Origin: Steroidobacteraceae bacterium
GTDB lineage: Bacteria; Pseudomonadota; Gammaproteobacteria; Steroidobacterales; Steroidobacteraceae
Assembly: GCA_017853175.1 (NCBI GenBank)
Contig: JAFMKA010000002.1
Span: 41,651 to 105,650, forward strand
Direction of reading: 5' to 3'
Length of the DNA: 64,000 bases
Part shown: piece by piece, positions 19,638 to 28,917 of the stretch
Position numbering within the stretch: position 1 is the first letter of the stretch
How the letters are laid out: every line of letters begins with the position of its first letter
Notes under the pieces: generated by a model
Seen by the model: only the letters and a program-made list of their open reading frames with translations
Told to the model about the DNA's origin: nothing
Databases searched by the model: none
Program-made: the position numbers and the translations under genes

Positions 19638-20996
19638 ATGAAAACTCTTCAAAATCCATGGTCTCGCCGTTTTGGCACTCTTCACGCGTTACTGCTAATC
19701 GTCGCGTGGGTCGGCGCCCGCGAGGTGGCGGCTCAAAACCAAAACGCTACGGCCGTCGGGTCGGCCTGCTCCCTCGCCGTGAGGGCGGGTCGGCTGATCG
19801 ATCCCGACCGAGGTACGGTACTGCGCAATCAGATCGTCCGCATCGCGGGCGATCGCATTCTGGGTGTCTACCCTGCCGCTGAAGGAGCTCTTCGCGACTG
19901 CAGTCAGGTACTCGACCTCTCGCGTTCCACGGTGCTGCCGGGGCTGATCGACACTCATACTCATCTCACTTCGGACCCGACGATCCTTCGTTACGAGAGA
20001 CTCGGCCTCTCGATTCCCCGTCTCGCACTGATCGGTGCGGCTAACGCGCGTCGTACGCTGCTCGCCGGGTTCACGACGGTGCGTAATCTCGGAGCCGACG
20101 GTTATGCAGACGTCGCACTTCGCGATGCCATCAACGCCGGAGACGTGATCGGTCCGCGCCTCATCGTCTCAGGACCTGGCATCGGCATCACCGGCGGACA
20201 CTGCGGCAGCAATTTGCTCGCGCCCGAGTTCCGACAAACCTCGCTCGGTACCGCCGATGGTCCCGATGAAGTGCGAAAGGCCGTGCGACAAAACGTACGT
20301 TACGGTGCCGACGTCATCAAATATTGCGGTACGGGTGGCGTATTTTCCAAAGGAACCCAGCCCGGGATGCAGCAGTTCACACCCGAGGAGGTGGCCGCAC
20401 TCGTCGATGAAGCACGAATGCATGGTCGCAAAGTCGCGGTGCATGCGCACGGCGCGAACGGCATCAAGGTGGCACTGCGCGCGGGTGTCGACTCGATCGA
20501 ACACGCCAGTCTCATCGATGACGAGGGTCTCGAGCTGGCGAAGAAGTACAAGGTCTACTTCTCGATGGACATCTACAACACCGACTACACCCAGAGCGAA
20601 TCGAAACGTCGCGGAGAACTACCTGAATTTATCCGCAAAGACGCGATGATCGGCGAAATCCAGCGGCGCAACTTCGAGCGTGCGCTGAAGGCGGGCATCC
20701 GCATGACGCTCGGAACCGACGCAGGAATTTACCCACACGGCGACAACGCCAAGCAGCTAGCCGTGATGGTGCGTTATGGCATGACCCCTATGCAGGCCAT
20801 TCAAGCCGCGACGGTCAACAGCGCCGATGCCTTGGGTCTCGCAGGTCAGACAGGAACGCTCGCGACGGGCGCTTACGCCGATTTGATTGCGGTCGATGAC
20901 GATCCCCTTGCCGATATCCGCGCGCTCGAACGTGTGAGTGTCGTACTGAAAGGCGGCGAAGTGGTCAAGGGCGGAGCGACGAGCTCGATCCGATGA
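19638..20996 (+). CDS. amidohydrolase family metallo-hydrolase (secreted)
   Basis: Trimmed to ATG 19638 (signal peptide). PGLIDTHTHL metal-binding motif, later HAHG and a C-terminal ADLIAVDDDPL, as in imidazolonepropionase/Xaa-Pro dipeptidase-like amidohydrolases. Confidence 0.8.
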   Translation: MKTLQNPWSRRFGTLHALLLIVAWVGAREVAAQNQNATAVGSACSLAVRAGRLIDPDRGTVLRNQIVRIAGDRILGVYPAAEGALRDCSQVLDLSRSTVLPGLIDTHTHLTSDPTILRYERLGLSIPRLALIGAANARRTLLAGFTTVRNLGADGYADVALRDAINAGDVIGPRLIVSGPGIGITGGHCGSNLLAPEFRQTSLGTADGPDEVRKAVRQNVRYGADVIKYCGTGGVFSKGTQPGMQQFTPEEVAALVDEARMHGRKVAVHAHGANGIKVALRAGVDSIEHASLIDDEGLELAKKYKVYFSMDIYNTDYTQSESKRRGELPEFIRKDAMIGEIQRRNFERALKAGIRMTLGTDAGIYPHGDNAKQLAVMVRYGMTPMQAIQAATVNSADALGLAGQTGTLATGAYADLIAVDDDPLADIRALERVSVVLKGGEVVKGGATSSIR

Positions 20997-21862
20997 CGAC
21001 GAGTGGTCGAGGCGTCACGGCGATGTTCATCGCCGTCGCAGCGTTTTCGTTCATGGATGCGTTGCTGAAATTGTTTTCGGCTCACTATCCGCCGATGCAG
21101 GTGACGGCGATTCGTGGCGCGGCCTCGCTCCCGTTCGTGATTCTTCCGCTGTGGTACTCAGGTCGCCTGCGTGAACTCAAGCCCTCGCGCCTCGGGCTGC
21201 ACCTCGTGCGCGGCATACTCGGCATCATCATGTTGGCGACCTTCGTACTCGCGCTGCGCGAGGCTCCCCTCGCCTCGGTCTACTCCATCTATATGGCCGC
21301 TCCTTTGCTGATTGCGGCGCTCGCCGCAGGGTGGCTCGGCGAGAAAGTCGATGGAGGACGCTGGCTCGCCATCGTGATCGGACTCGTCGGTGTACTTGTG
21401 ATTCTCAGGCCTCGCCCCGATGGATTGCCGCTGATCGCAGGACTCGCCGCTGCAGCCTCCGCGCTGTGTTACGCGCTCGCCGCGATCACGGCGCGCGTCC
21501 TGACGCGCACCGAGCGCTCCTCGACGATGGTCTTCACTTTTCTAATGATCGTCACGCTCGTCGCCGGCGCGCTCGCGGCGCCAGGATGGATGACGATCCG
21601 CCCCTCCGACTGGTGGCTTATCGTGGCGGTCGGGGGTCTGGGCGCTGCGGGTCAGCACTACATCACCGAGGCTTTTCGTAATGCGCCTGCTGCCGTCGTG
21701 GCGCCCATCGAATATACGGCGCTACTTTGGGGGATCGCGATCGATTGGGTCGCTTGGGCGGTGTTACCAGGCGCCGTCATGTTGAGCGGAGCCTCGCTCG
21801 TGATCGCAGCGGGTCTTTATGTCGCGTGGCGAGAGCGAGTGGTGACACACTCTCCTTCGTGA
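20993..21862 (+). CDS. DMT (EamA) family transporter
   Basis: ATGA overlap with the upstream stop. About 10 hydrophobic helices in two EamA-like halves. Confidence 0.8.
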   Translation: MTTSGRGVTAMFIAVAAFSFMDALLKLFSAHYPPMQVTAIRGAASLPFVILPLWYSGRLRELKPSRLGLHLVRGILGIIMLATFVLALREAPLASVYSIYMAAPLLIAALAAGWLGEKVDGGRWLAIVIGLVGVLVILRPRPDGLPLIAGLAAAASALCYALAAITARVLTRTERSSTMVFTFLMIVTLVAGALAAPGWMTIRPSDWWLIVAVGGLGAAGQHYITEAFRNAPAAVVAPIEYTALLWGIAIDWVAWAVLPGAVMLSGASLVIAAGLYVAWRERVVTHSPS

Positions 21863-22746
21863 ACAGTCTCTACTTTCGGCTCGCGGGTGTCGCAGCGCTC
21901 TGGGGCGGTACCTTCATCGCCGGCCGCATCGCAGCGCCCGAGCTCCCGCATTTCACGGTATCCGCACTGAGATTCTGGGTGGCATTCGCCATCCTCGCCC
22001 CGTTGTTGATTGCCGTCGAAGGACGACTGCCCCGACTTCGGCCCCGTGATTTCGGCTTCACGGCACTTCTCGCGCTCTTCGGTCTGGTGTTCTACAACCT
22101 GCTTTTTCTCGGCGCGCTCGAATTGATTCCGGCGGGACGTACGGCTCTCGTCGTCGCGCTCAACCCCATCTTGACCGCGCTCACGATGGCACTCGTATTC
22201 GGAGAACGACTGCAGCGTCATCGATGGATGGGCATCCTCCTCGCGCTGACCGGCGTCTGGATCGTGCTCTCGAAGGGCGATCCCTCACTCTTGTTGCAGC
22301 GAGTGGGACGCGGCGAATGGCTGATGCTGGGTGGCGCCTGTTGCTGGGCGATCTACACAGTGGTGGGCCGCTATGCCCTCGACGGGGAGGCTGCCGCGTC
22401 GCCTCTGGCCATCACGACCGTCACCACGCTCTGGGGTGCCTTGATGCTGACGGCCGGTATGCCTTTCGAGTGGGAGGCCTGGCACGCGAGCGAGGTCTCC
22501 GTCGCCGCCTGGGCCTCGATCCTTTACCTGGGCGCCGGCGGCACCGCGCTGGGGTTCGTGTGGTACGCCGAGGGCCTGCAACGCCTCGGTGCGGCGCGCA
22601 CCGCGGTATTCAATAATCTCGTCCCCGTGTTCGGCGTATCGTTTGGCACACTCCTCTTGGGCGAGCCTCTGCTGATCTCGATGTGGGTGGGAGGCCTCGT
22701 CGCGATCGCCGGAGTCATGCTCACGAATCGGAGCAGTTCACGGTAA
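21859..22746 (+). CDS. DMT (EamA) family transporter
   Basis: ORF 21727..22746 trimmed to GTG 21859, which overlaps the upstream TGA. Second tandem EamA-type transporter (LWGGTFIAGR opening). Confidence 0.8.
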   Translation: MNSLYFRLAGVAALWGGTFIAGRIAAPELPHFTVSALRFWVAFAILAPLLIAVEGRLPRLRPRDFGFTALLALFGLVFYNLLFLGALELIPAGRTALVVALNPILTALTMALVFGERLQRHRWMGILLALTGVWIVLSKGDPSLLLQRVGRGEWLMLGGACCWAIYTVVGRYALDGEAAASPLAITTVTTLWGALMLTAGMPFEWEAWHASEVSVAAWASILYLGAGGTALGFVWYAEGLQRLGAARTAVFNNLVPVFGVSFGTLLLGEPLLISMWVGGLVAIAGVMLTNRSSSR

Positions 22747-22916
22747 ATCAGTGACTTGCGTGAGGTCGTGAAGAAACGGTTTTACAAATTCGTCATAAGC
22801 GTGTCCGATAACGGGTACACTCGTATTTAAATTATTGATTTAATTGAGTTTTTTCTGATCTGGTCAATCTTTAACCAAGCCAACGAAAATCCGCGAAAAA
22901 TGCGGCGATTTCTCGC

Positions 22917-25205
22917 TTGAAAAGCTCACTATCCACAACGTTATCCACATCCTCTGTGGACAAACTTCCGACGTCGAAACCGTCCATTTGCCGGGTGGCG
23001 CTCGACACGCCGTTGCGCCGAACGTTCGACTACCGGATCGAAGCCGATCGGGCGGCGCCGCCCCTCGGCAGTCGGGTTTCCGTTCCCTTCGGCCGACGCC
23101 AACTGGTCGGCGTCGCGATTTCGCTGGAGTCCGAGTCGGAGGTCGACGAGTCCAAGCTCAAGTCGATTTCGAGAACGCTCGACCCGGAGCCCACTTTCGA
23201 CGCCCCTCTCCTGAAGCTGCTTCGGTGGGCGACGGAGTACTACCACCACCCGATCGGCGAGGTGATCGCTGCTGCCTTACCCAAACTCTTACGCGAGGGG
23301 GCCCCGCTCGTTTCGCAGACTGAATACTGGGCGGCCACCGATGCCGGAATCGCGGCACTCGCGGCGGGTGAACCCAAGCGAGCACCGAAACGGCGCGAAC
23401 TTCTCGAGCGACTCGTCGCGGCGGGCACTCGGGGTCTCGACGTCGTAGAACTCAATGAGCAACTGCCCGGTTGGAGAGAGGCGGCAAAGGCTCTGGCCAA
23501 GCAAGAGTGGCTGATCTCCGGCTCACGCGACATTTTCTTTGAGCCGAGCAAACCCGTCATCGCGGAAAACTCGACCTCGACGGACATCCGCCCCGAACTC
23601 TCGGCGCAACAACGCCAGGTACTCGAGGCCATGCAATCGTCGGGTGTGACTCGATACCACGCGTGGCTGCTGCACGGTGTCACGGGCAGCGGCAAGACCG
23701 AGGTGTATCTGCGGCTCGCCGAACAGCAGCTGCAAGCAGGGCGGCGTGTACTCGTGCTGGTACCGGAAATCGGTCTCACGCCCCAACTGGTCGGGCGGTT
23801 CGCACGGCGGTTTCCGCAGACCCCTCTCGCTGTTCTGCATTCCGGGCTCACAGATTCGGAGCGACTCACCGCGTGGCGTGCCGCGCATCGTGGTCACGCA
23901 CAACTCGTGATCGGTACCCGCTCCGCAGTCTTCGCACCCATCCCGTCGCTCGGAATCATCATCGTCGATGAAGAGCATGATTCGTCCTTCAAGCAGCAAG
24001 AAGGTGGATTCCGTTATTCAGCGCGCGATCTCGCCTTGGTGCGCGCCCATCTGCTCGATATTCCGATCGTGCTCGGATCGGCGACTCCTTCACTCGAATC
24101 GCTGCATAACGCCGCTTCGGGACGACTGACTCGCCTTTCGCTTCCCGATCGCGCAGCCTCCGCATCGCCACCGACCTTGCGCCTTGTCGACTTACGGCAA
24201 GAACGCGTTCATGCGGGGCTATCCACCACTGCCGTATCCGCCATCCAGCGTCATCTCGCCGCGGACGGTCAGGTTCTCGTGTACATCAATCGACGCGGCT
24301 ATGCCCCGACTCTCGCCTGCACGGCCTGTGGCTGGGTGGCGCCCTGCCAGTCGTGTGATGCGCGCATGACCGTATACCGTCAGGCGGCACGACTGCGCTG
24401 CCATCACTGCGGTGCCGATCGCGACCTGCCACGCCAATGCCCCCAATGCGGCTACGCTGTGAAGACCGTCGGTCAGGGTACTGAGCGCATCGAAGAAAGT
24501 CTCGCTGAAACTTTCCCGGGGGTTGGAATCGCCCGACTCGATCGCGACGTCGTTCGACGTAGCGACGAACTCGAAGCCGTGGTGGCGCGTATGTCAGGCG
24601 GCGAGGCAAAGATTTTGGTGGGCACGCAGATGGTCGCGAAGGGTCACGATTTCCCCTCACTCACGCTCGTCGTCGTACTTAATGCCGATCAAGGCCTTTT
24701 TAGTACCGACTTTCGCGCCGCCGAGCGGCTCGCGCAAACCATCGTCCAAGTGGCCGGACGAGCAGGTCGGGCCAGTCGCCCGGGCGAAGTGCTGATCCAA
24801 ACCGAATATCCAGAACACCCCCTGCTTTCGGGTTTGCTCACGGGCGGCTACGACGCCTTTGCGTCGGCCGCACTCGAAGAACGGCGTAGCGCTGCCTGGC
24901 CGCCGTTCTCTCGACTCGCGGCGCTGCGCGCATCCGCCACCGAGGCGGAGACCGCCATTCAGTTTCTCGAAGCCGCGCGACGCGCAACCCGGACGCTCAA
25001 CCCCGGGGCCGTTCGACTGCTCGGGCCGGCGCCGGCGGCCATGGCTCGACGGGCGGACCGCCATCATGCTCAGCTGCTTCTGGAAAGCGCCGATCGCGGG
25101 GCGCTGCATCGGCTGCTCGATCAGTGGCTACCAGCCGTCGAGGCGCTGCCCGAAGCCAGGAGAGTTCGTTGGGCGCTCGATGTCGACCCGCTCGAATTGT
25201 TCTGA
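22917..25205 (+). CDS. priA: primosomal replication protein N' (PriA helicase)
   Basis: Walker A GVTGSGKTEVY, DEEH box and the Cys-rich zinc region CTACGW...CQSCD...CHHCG...CPQCG. The start is uncertain (TTG 22917 or GTG 22956). Confidence 0.9.
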   Translation: MKSSLSTTLSTSSVDKLPTSKPSICRVALDTPLRRTFDYRIEADRAAPPLGSRVSVPFGRRQLVGVAISLESESEVDESKLKSISRTLDPEPTFDAPLLKLLRWATEYYHHPIGEVIAAALPKLLREGAPLVSQTEYWAATDAGIAALAAGEPKRAPKRRELLERLVAAGTRGLDVVELNEQLPGWREAAKALAKQEWLISGSRDIFFEPSKPVIAENSTSTDIRPELSAQQRQVLEAMQSSGVTRYHAWLLHGVTGSGKTEVYLRLAEQQLQAGRRVLVLVPEIGLTPQLVGRFARRFPQTPLAVLHSGLTDSERLTAWRAAHRGHAQLVIGTRSAVFAPIPSLGIIIVDEEHDSSFKQQEGGFRYSARDLALVRAHLLDIPIVLGSATPSLESLHNAASGRLTRLSLPDRAASASPPTLRLVDLRQERVHAGLSTTAVSAIQRHLAADGQVLVYINRRGYAPTLACTACGWVAPCQSCDARMTVYRQAARLRCHHCGADRDLPRQCPQCGYAVKTVGQGTERIEESLAETFPGVGIARLDRDVVRRSDELEAVVARMSGGEAKILVGTQMVAKGHDFPSLTLVVVLNADQGLFSTDFRAAERLAQTIVQVAGRAGRASRPGEVLIQTEYPEHPLLSGLLTGGYDAFASAALEERRSAAWPPFSRLAALRASATEAETAIQFLEAARRATRTLNPGAVRLLGPAPAAMARRADRHHAQLLLESADRGALHRLLDQWLPAVEALPEARRVRWALDVDPLELF

Positions 25206-25223
25206 CCCGGTAGAATCGCGCCC

Positions 25224-26996
25224 GTGAAAGAAGACCTGCACATCCTGCTGCAGCGCGCGCTGCAGTCACTCGAGGGCTCGCTGCTCTCCGGCCCAGTCGA
25301 TCCGCAGATGATCGTTCTCGATCGGGCGCGCGATTCTGCGCACGGTGACTTTGCCTCGAACATCGCCATGCGTCTCGCCAAGACTGCAGGTAAACCACCG
25401 CGGGTGATCGCCGAAGCGATCATCGCCGCACTGCCCGCATCGCCCATCGTCGAACGCGTAGAGGTGGCAGGCGCAGGGTTCATCAACTTTTTTCTCGCTA
25501 AAGATCTCTACGCACGCGAACTCGTGCGCATCCACGAAGCAGGCGAGGCCTACGGACGCCATCGTCCCGAACATCCGCGAAAGGTACTGCTCGAGTTCGT
25601 CTCTGCCAATCCAACGGGGCCCATGCATGTGGGTCACGGACGTCAGGCCGCCTTCGGAGATGCCTTAGGAAATTTGCTCGCTGCTGCAGGCGATGTCGTC
25701 ACTCGTGAGTACTACATCAACGATGCGGGTCGCCAAACCGAGATTCTCGCGGTATCCGTCTGGATTCGTTACCTCGAAGTCTGCGGCGAAGTTCTGAAGT
25801 TCCCGGAAAACGGTTATCGGGGTGATTACATTCGGCCCGTCGCTGTCGCGTTACACGAGCGTGAGGGCGTTGCGCTGCGACACGCTGCAGCGACAGTAAT
25901 CGCCGGACTGCCTGAGGATGCGCCCGAAGGCGACAAAGAAAAGCACATCGATGCTTTGATCGCACGATGTCGTAAGTTGATCGGTGAGCCAGCGTGGGAG
26001 AGTCTGCTCGCCTCGAGCATCGCCGCGATGCTTGAAGAAATTCGCGATGATCTCGACGGTTATGGCGTTCACTTCGACAACTGGATTTCCGAAAGGGCCT
26101 TCACGCAGGGTGGCGCCGTCGAGCGCGCACTCGAACGACTACGCGCGAAAGATCTTCTTTACGTGAAAGACGGTGCGGAGTGGTTCAAAGCCACTCAATT
26201 CGGTGATGACGAAGATCGCGTCGTCGTACGCGAGAACGGCGTCAAAACGTATTTTGCCTCCGATATCGCCTATCACCTCGATAAGCGCGAGCGCGGCTTT
26301 GACATGCTGATTGACGTGCTCGGCGCCGATCATCACGGCTACGTCACCCGAGTACGCGGTGGCCTGCAAGCTTTCGGTCATCCCGGCGATTGCCTCCAAG
26401 CACCACTGATCCAACTTGTCGCCCTGTTCAGAAACGGCGTGAAGATGTCGATGGGCAAGCGAGAGGCCAACTTCGTCACGCTGCGTCAGTTGCGCGAAGA
26501 AGTGGGTAACGACGCGTGTCGCATTTTCTATTTGATGCGCAGCAACGATCAGTCACTCGACTTCGATCTCGACCTCGCGAAATCGAAGACCAATGAGAAC
26601 CCGGTGTTCTACGTGCAGTATGCGCATGCCCGCGTCGCAAGCGTTATGAAAGAACTGACTGCCCGAGGCTTTGCGTACGACGCAGAGAGTGCACGTACCC
26701 TCGTATTTGAACGAGGCGGCTCCTTACTCGCAGGTCCGCAAGCCGAGGCTATGCTCTCCTGCGTGTCGCGTTATCCAGAGGTTATCAGGCAGTCAGCCGC
26801 GCAGCATGCGCCCCATGCTCTCGTGCACTACTTGCGTGAGCTCGCGACCACCTTGCATGCGTTTTACAACGCTGAGCGCGTGCTCGTTCCAGAATCCGAC
26901 ACTCGCAGCGCGCGCGTTTACGCTTTGCTGGCTGTACAACGCGTTCTTCGCAATGGTCTCGCCATTCTCGGCGTATCGGCTCCGGAGTCGATGTGA
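25224..26996 (+). CDS. argS: arginine--tRNA ligase
   Basis: Class I signature ANPTGPMHVGHGR, a later MSMGKRE (KMSKS-like) and the C-terminal anticodon-binding domain. GTG start. Confidence 0.95.
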   Translation: MKEDLHILLQRALQSLEGSLLSGPVDPQMIVLDRARDSAHGDFASNIAMRLAKTAGKPPRVIAEAIIAALPASPIVERVEVAGAGFINFFLAKDLYARELVRIHEAGEAYGRHRPEHPRKVLLEFVSANPTGPMHVGHGRQAAFGDALGNLLAAAGDVVTREYYINDAGRQTEILAVSVWIRYLEVCGEVLKFPENGYRGDYIRPVAVALHEREGVALRHAAATVIAGLPEDAPEGDKEKHIDALIARCRKLIGEPAWESLLASSIAAMLEEIRDDLDGYGVHFDNWISERAFTQGGAVERALERLRAKDLLYVKDGAEWFKATQFGDDEDRVVVRENGVKTYFASDIAYHLDKRERGFDMLIDVLGADHHGYVTRVRGGLQAFGHPGDCLQAPLIQLVALFRNGVKMSMGKREANFVTLRQLREEVGNDACRIFYLMRSNDQSLDFDLDLAKSKTNENPVFYVQYAHARVASVMKELTARGFAYDAESARTLVFERGGSLLAGPQAEAMLSCVSRYPEVIRQSAAQHAPHALVHYLRELATTLHAFYNAERVLVPESDTRSARVYALLAVQRVLRNGLAILGVSAPESM

Positions 26997-27571
26997 GCAA
27001 CACCCCGATCGGTCGCGACTTCAAACGCGCAGGCCGGCGCGGTGGCACGGAATTCAGCTTTTCCAAGGAATTCTTTGCAGGTCTCGCAGCGGGTCTCGCC
27101 GTGGCAGTCGGCGTCTTTTTTTGGCAGCAACAGGCCGTCAAAGATGCCCGCGATGCCGTAGGAGAAGATCAGCCCACGCCTCGCCCAGTACGGCGTGAGC
27201 CCGCCTCCGCGGCTGCGGCCGAACCCGAACGCGAGTACGATTTTTACGGGATGCTGCCGAAGAGCGAAGTGGTCGTCCCGGAAACCGACCCTAAGGCACC
27301 CGTACCCGCAGTGCCCAATACGCCCATCGAAAGGCCGGGGGTCTACGTTCTTCAACTTGGAATGTTCAAAAAGCTGGAAGAGGCTGAACGCCTTCAGGCC
27401 AAGTTGCTGAGACTCGGCGTTCAATCGGCCGTGCAACGAATCTCGATCGAGAGTGAAGTGCTACATCGGGTTCGGATCGGGCCCGTCAGTAATCTCAGCG
27501 ATCTCAATCGAACTCGAGCTGCATTGCAGCGTGCGGAAATCGATGCTGTCGTAATTCGCGTCGGCGATTAA
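26993..27571 (+). CDS. SPOR domain-containing cell-division protein
   Basis: GTG overlaps the argS stop. Membrane anchor, Pro/Ala linker and a C-terminal SPOR fold (VYVLQLGMFKKLEEAERLQAKL...HRVRIGP). Confidence 0.8.
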   Translation: MSNTPIGRDFKRAGRRGGTEFSFSKEFFAGLAAGLAVAVGVFFWQQQAVKDARDAVGEDQPTPRPVRREPASAAAAEPEREYDFYGMLPKSEVVVPETDPKAPVPAVPNTPIERPGVYVLQLGMFKKLEEAERLQAKLLRLGVQSAVQRISIESEVLHRVRIGPVSNLSDLNRTRAALQRAEIDAVVIRVGD

Positions 27572-28917
27572 GTCTCGACGTCGTCCGATACGCTCCGGAA
27601 ATCGACGCCCAGAGCGCGCAACTTCCGGTAGAGATGTGTGCGCTCCATTCCGACTCGCTTGGCCAACTGACCGACTTTTCCGTGACAGAGCAAAAGCTGC
27701 TGTTGCAGATAAGCGCGCTCGAAATGCTCTCTCGCTTCACGTAAGCCCAGCGCCAAAAGATCTTGCTTCACTAAGGTCTCGGCGGGCGGCGCGACCTGTG
27801 ACAGTTCGCGCTCGATCTCTTCGAGTGAAACCTCTTCGCCGCCACCCTGCAGGAGCAACCGACGGACCATGGTTCGAAGTTCCTGCACATTGCCGGGCCA
27901 CGGATAATTGCGCAGACGATTTTGTGCGGCGATGCTGAAACGTCGAAACCCGAGGCCCTCACTGTCGACCAACCGATCGACATAGTGTCGAAGCAGATCC
28001 GGAACATCCTCCGCATACTCTCGAAGCGGAGGCACTCGGGCGATGGCGGCGCTCAGATGCGACAACAAATCACGACGCATCGCTCCTTGCTCGATCTCCG
28101 GCTGCGCCGAACATACGATGCGAGCCTGAAATGGTCGGGGTTTCGACTCTCCGAGCCGCGAATAGGTTCGAGTCTCGAGTAGTCCGAGCAATGCGCGTTG
28201 GGCCGTTTGCGGCAAATCGCCGATTTCATTGATGAATAAGGTTCCGTCGCCCACCTGATCGAGAAATCCGTCGTGGCTTGCACTGCCAAATAGCGCGGCT
28301 TCGGCATCGACCTCGCGCAGTGCGCTCGAAACGATCGCCACGAACGGTTTGACCGCGCGCGGACTATGATCGTGCACAAAACGAGCAAAGGCCTCACGAC
28401 CCGAGCCGAACTCACCGAGCAGCATCAGCGACGTAGTGCCATTGGCGTGCCGCAGCAGCTCGCTGCGCAACTGCTGAACCTGACGACTCTTTCCGACGGG
28501 TGCAGCGATCGCTCCCGCCTTCGACTTGACCGCCGCCCTACGCGCCCGAGCCCCCTCGAGCGCCTTCTCGACGGTCCGCAATAACTTGGCGAGCGACAGC
28601 GGCTTTTCGACGAAATCGATGGCGCCGAGCCGGGTTGCTTCGACGGCGGTATCAACCGTGCCGTGACCAGACATCATCACGACCGCACAGCCATCGGCAC
28701 TCGTCGAAGACCATTCACGGAGTAAGGTGATGCCATCGACATCGGGCATCCAAATATCGAGCAACACGAGATCGGGCTGCTGGCGTTGGCGCAACGATCG
28801 AGCTTCGGCGCCATTCGCCGCGACCTCAACCTCGTAACCCTCTTCGCTCAGGATTTCTTTGACGAGACCGCGGATATCCGCCTCGTCGTCCACCACAAGA
28901 ATGCGTGCTGCACTCAT
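27568..28917 (-). CDS. ntrX: NtrX-like response regulator (receiver + degenerate AAA+ + Fis-type HTH)
   Basis: Receiver ILVVDDEADIR...LVLLDIWMPDVDG. The central domain has GEFGSGRE instead of GESGTGKE, FINEIG instead of FLDEIG, and no GAFTGA. C-terminal HTH GQLAKRVGMERTHLYRKL. The stop overlaps the start of the kinase gene context. Confidence 0.7.
   Translation of the reverse strand: MSAARILVVDDEADIRGLVKEILSEEGYEVEVAANGAEARSLRQRQQPDLVLLDIWMPDVDGITLLREWSSTSADGCAVVMMSGHGTVDTAVEATRLGAIDFVEKPLSLAKLLRTVEKALEGARARRAAVKSKAGAIAAPVGKSRQVQQLRSELLRHANGTTSLMLLGEFGSGREAFARFVHDHSPRAVKPFVAIVSSALREVDAEAALFGSASHDGFLDQVGDGTLFINEIGDLPQTAQRALLGLLETRTYSRLGESKPRPFQARIVCSAQPEIEQGAMRRDLLSHLSAAIARVPPLREYAEDVPDLLRHYVDRLVDSEGLGFRRFSIAAQNRLRNYPWPGNVQELRTMVRRLLLQGGGEEVSLEEIERELSQVAPPAETLVKQDLLALGLREAREHFERAYLQQQLLLCHGKVGQLAKRVGMERTHLYRKLRALGVDFRSVSDDVET

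Noticed and set aside
23240-23869. 209-aa minus-strand ORF inside priA.
   Set aside because: Low-complexity Arg/Ser/Ala/Cys composition, antisense to clear PriA helicase motifs.
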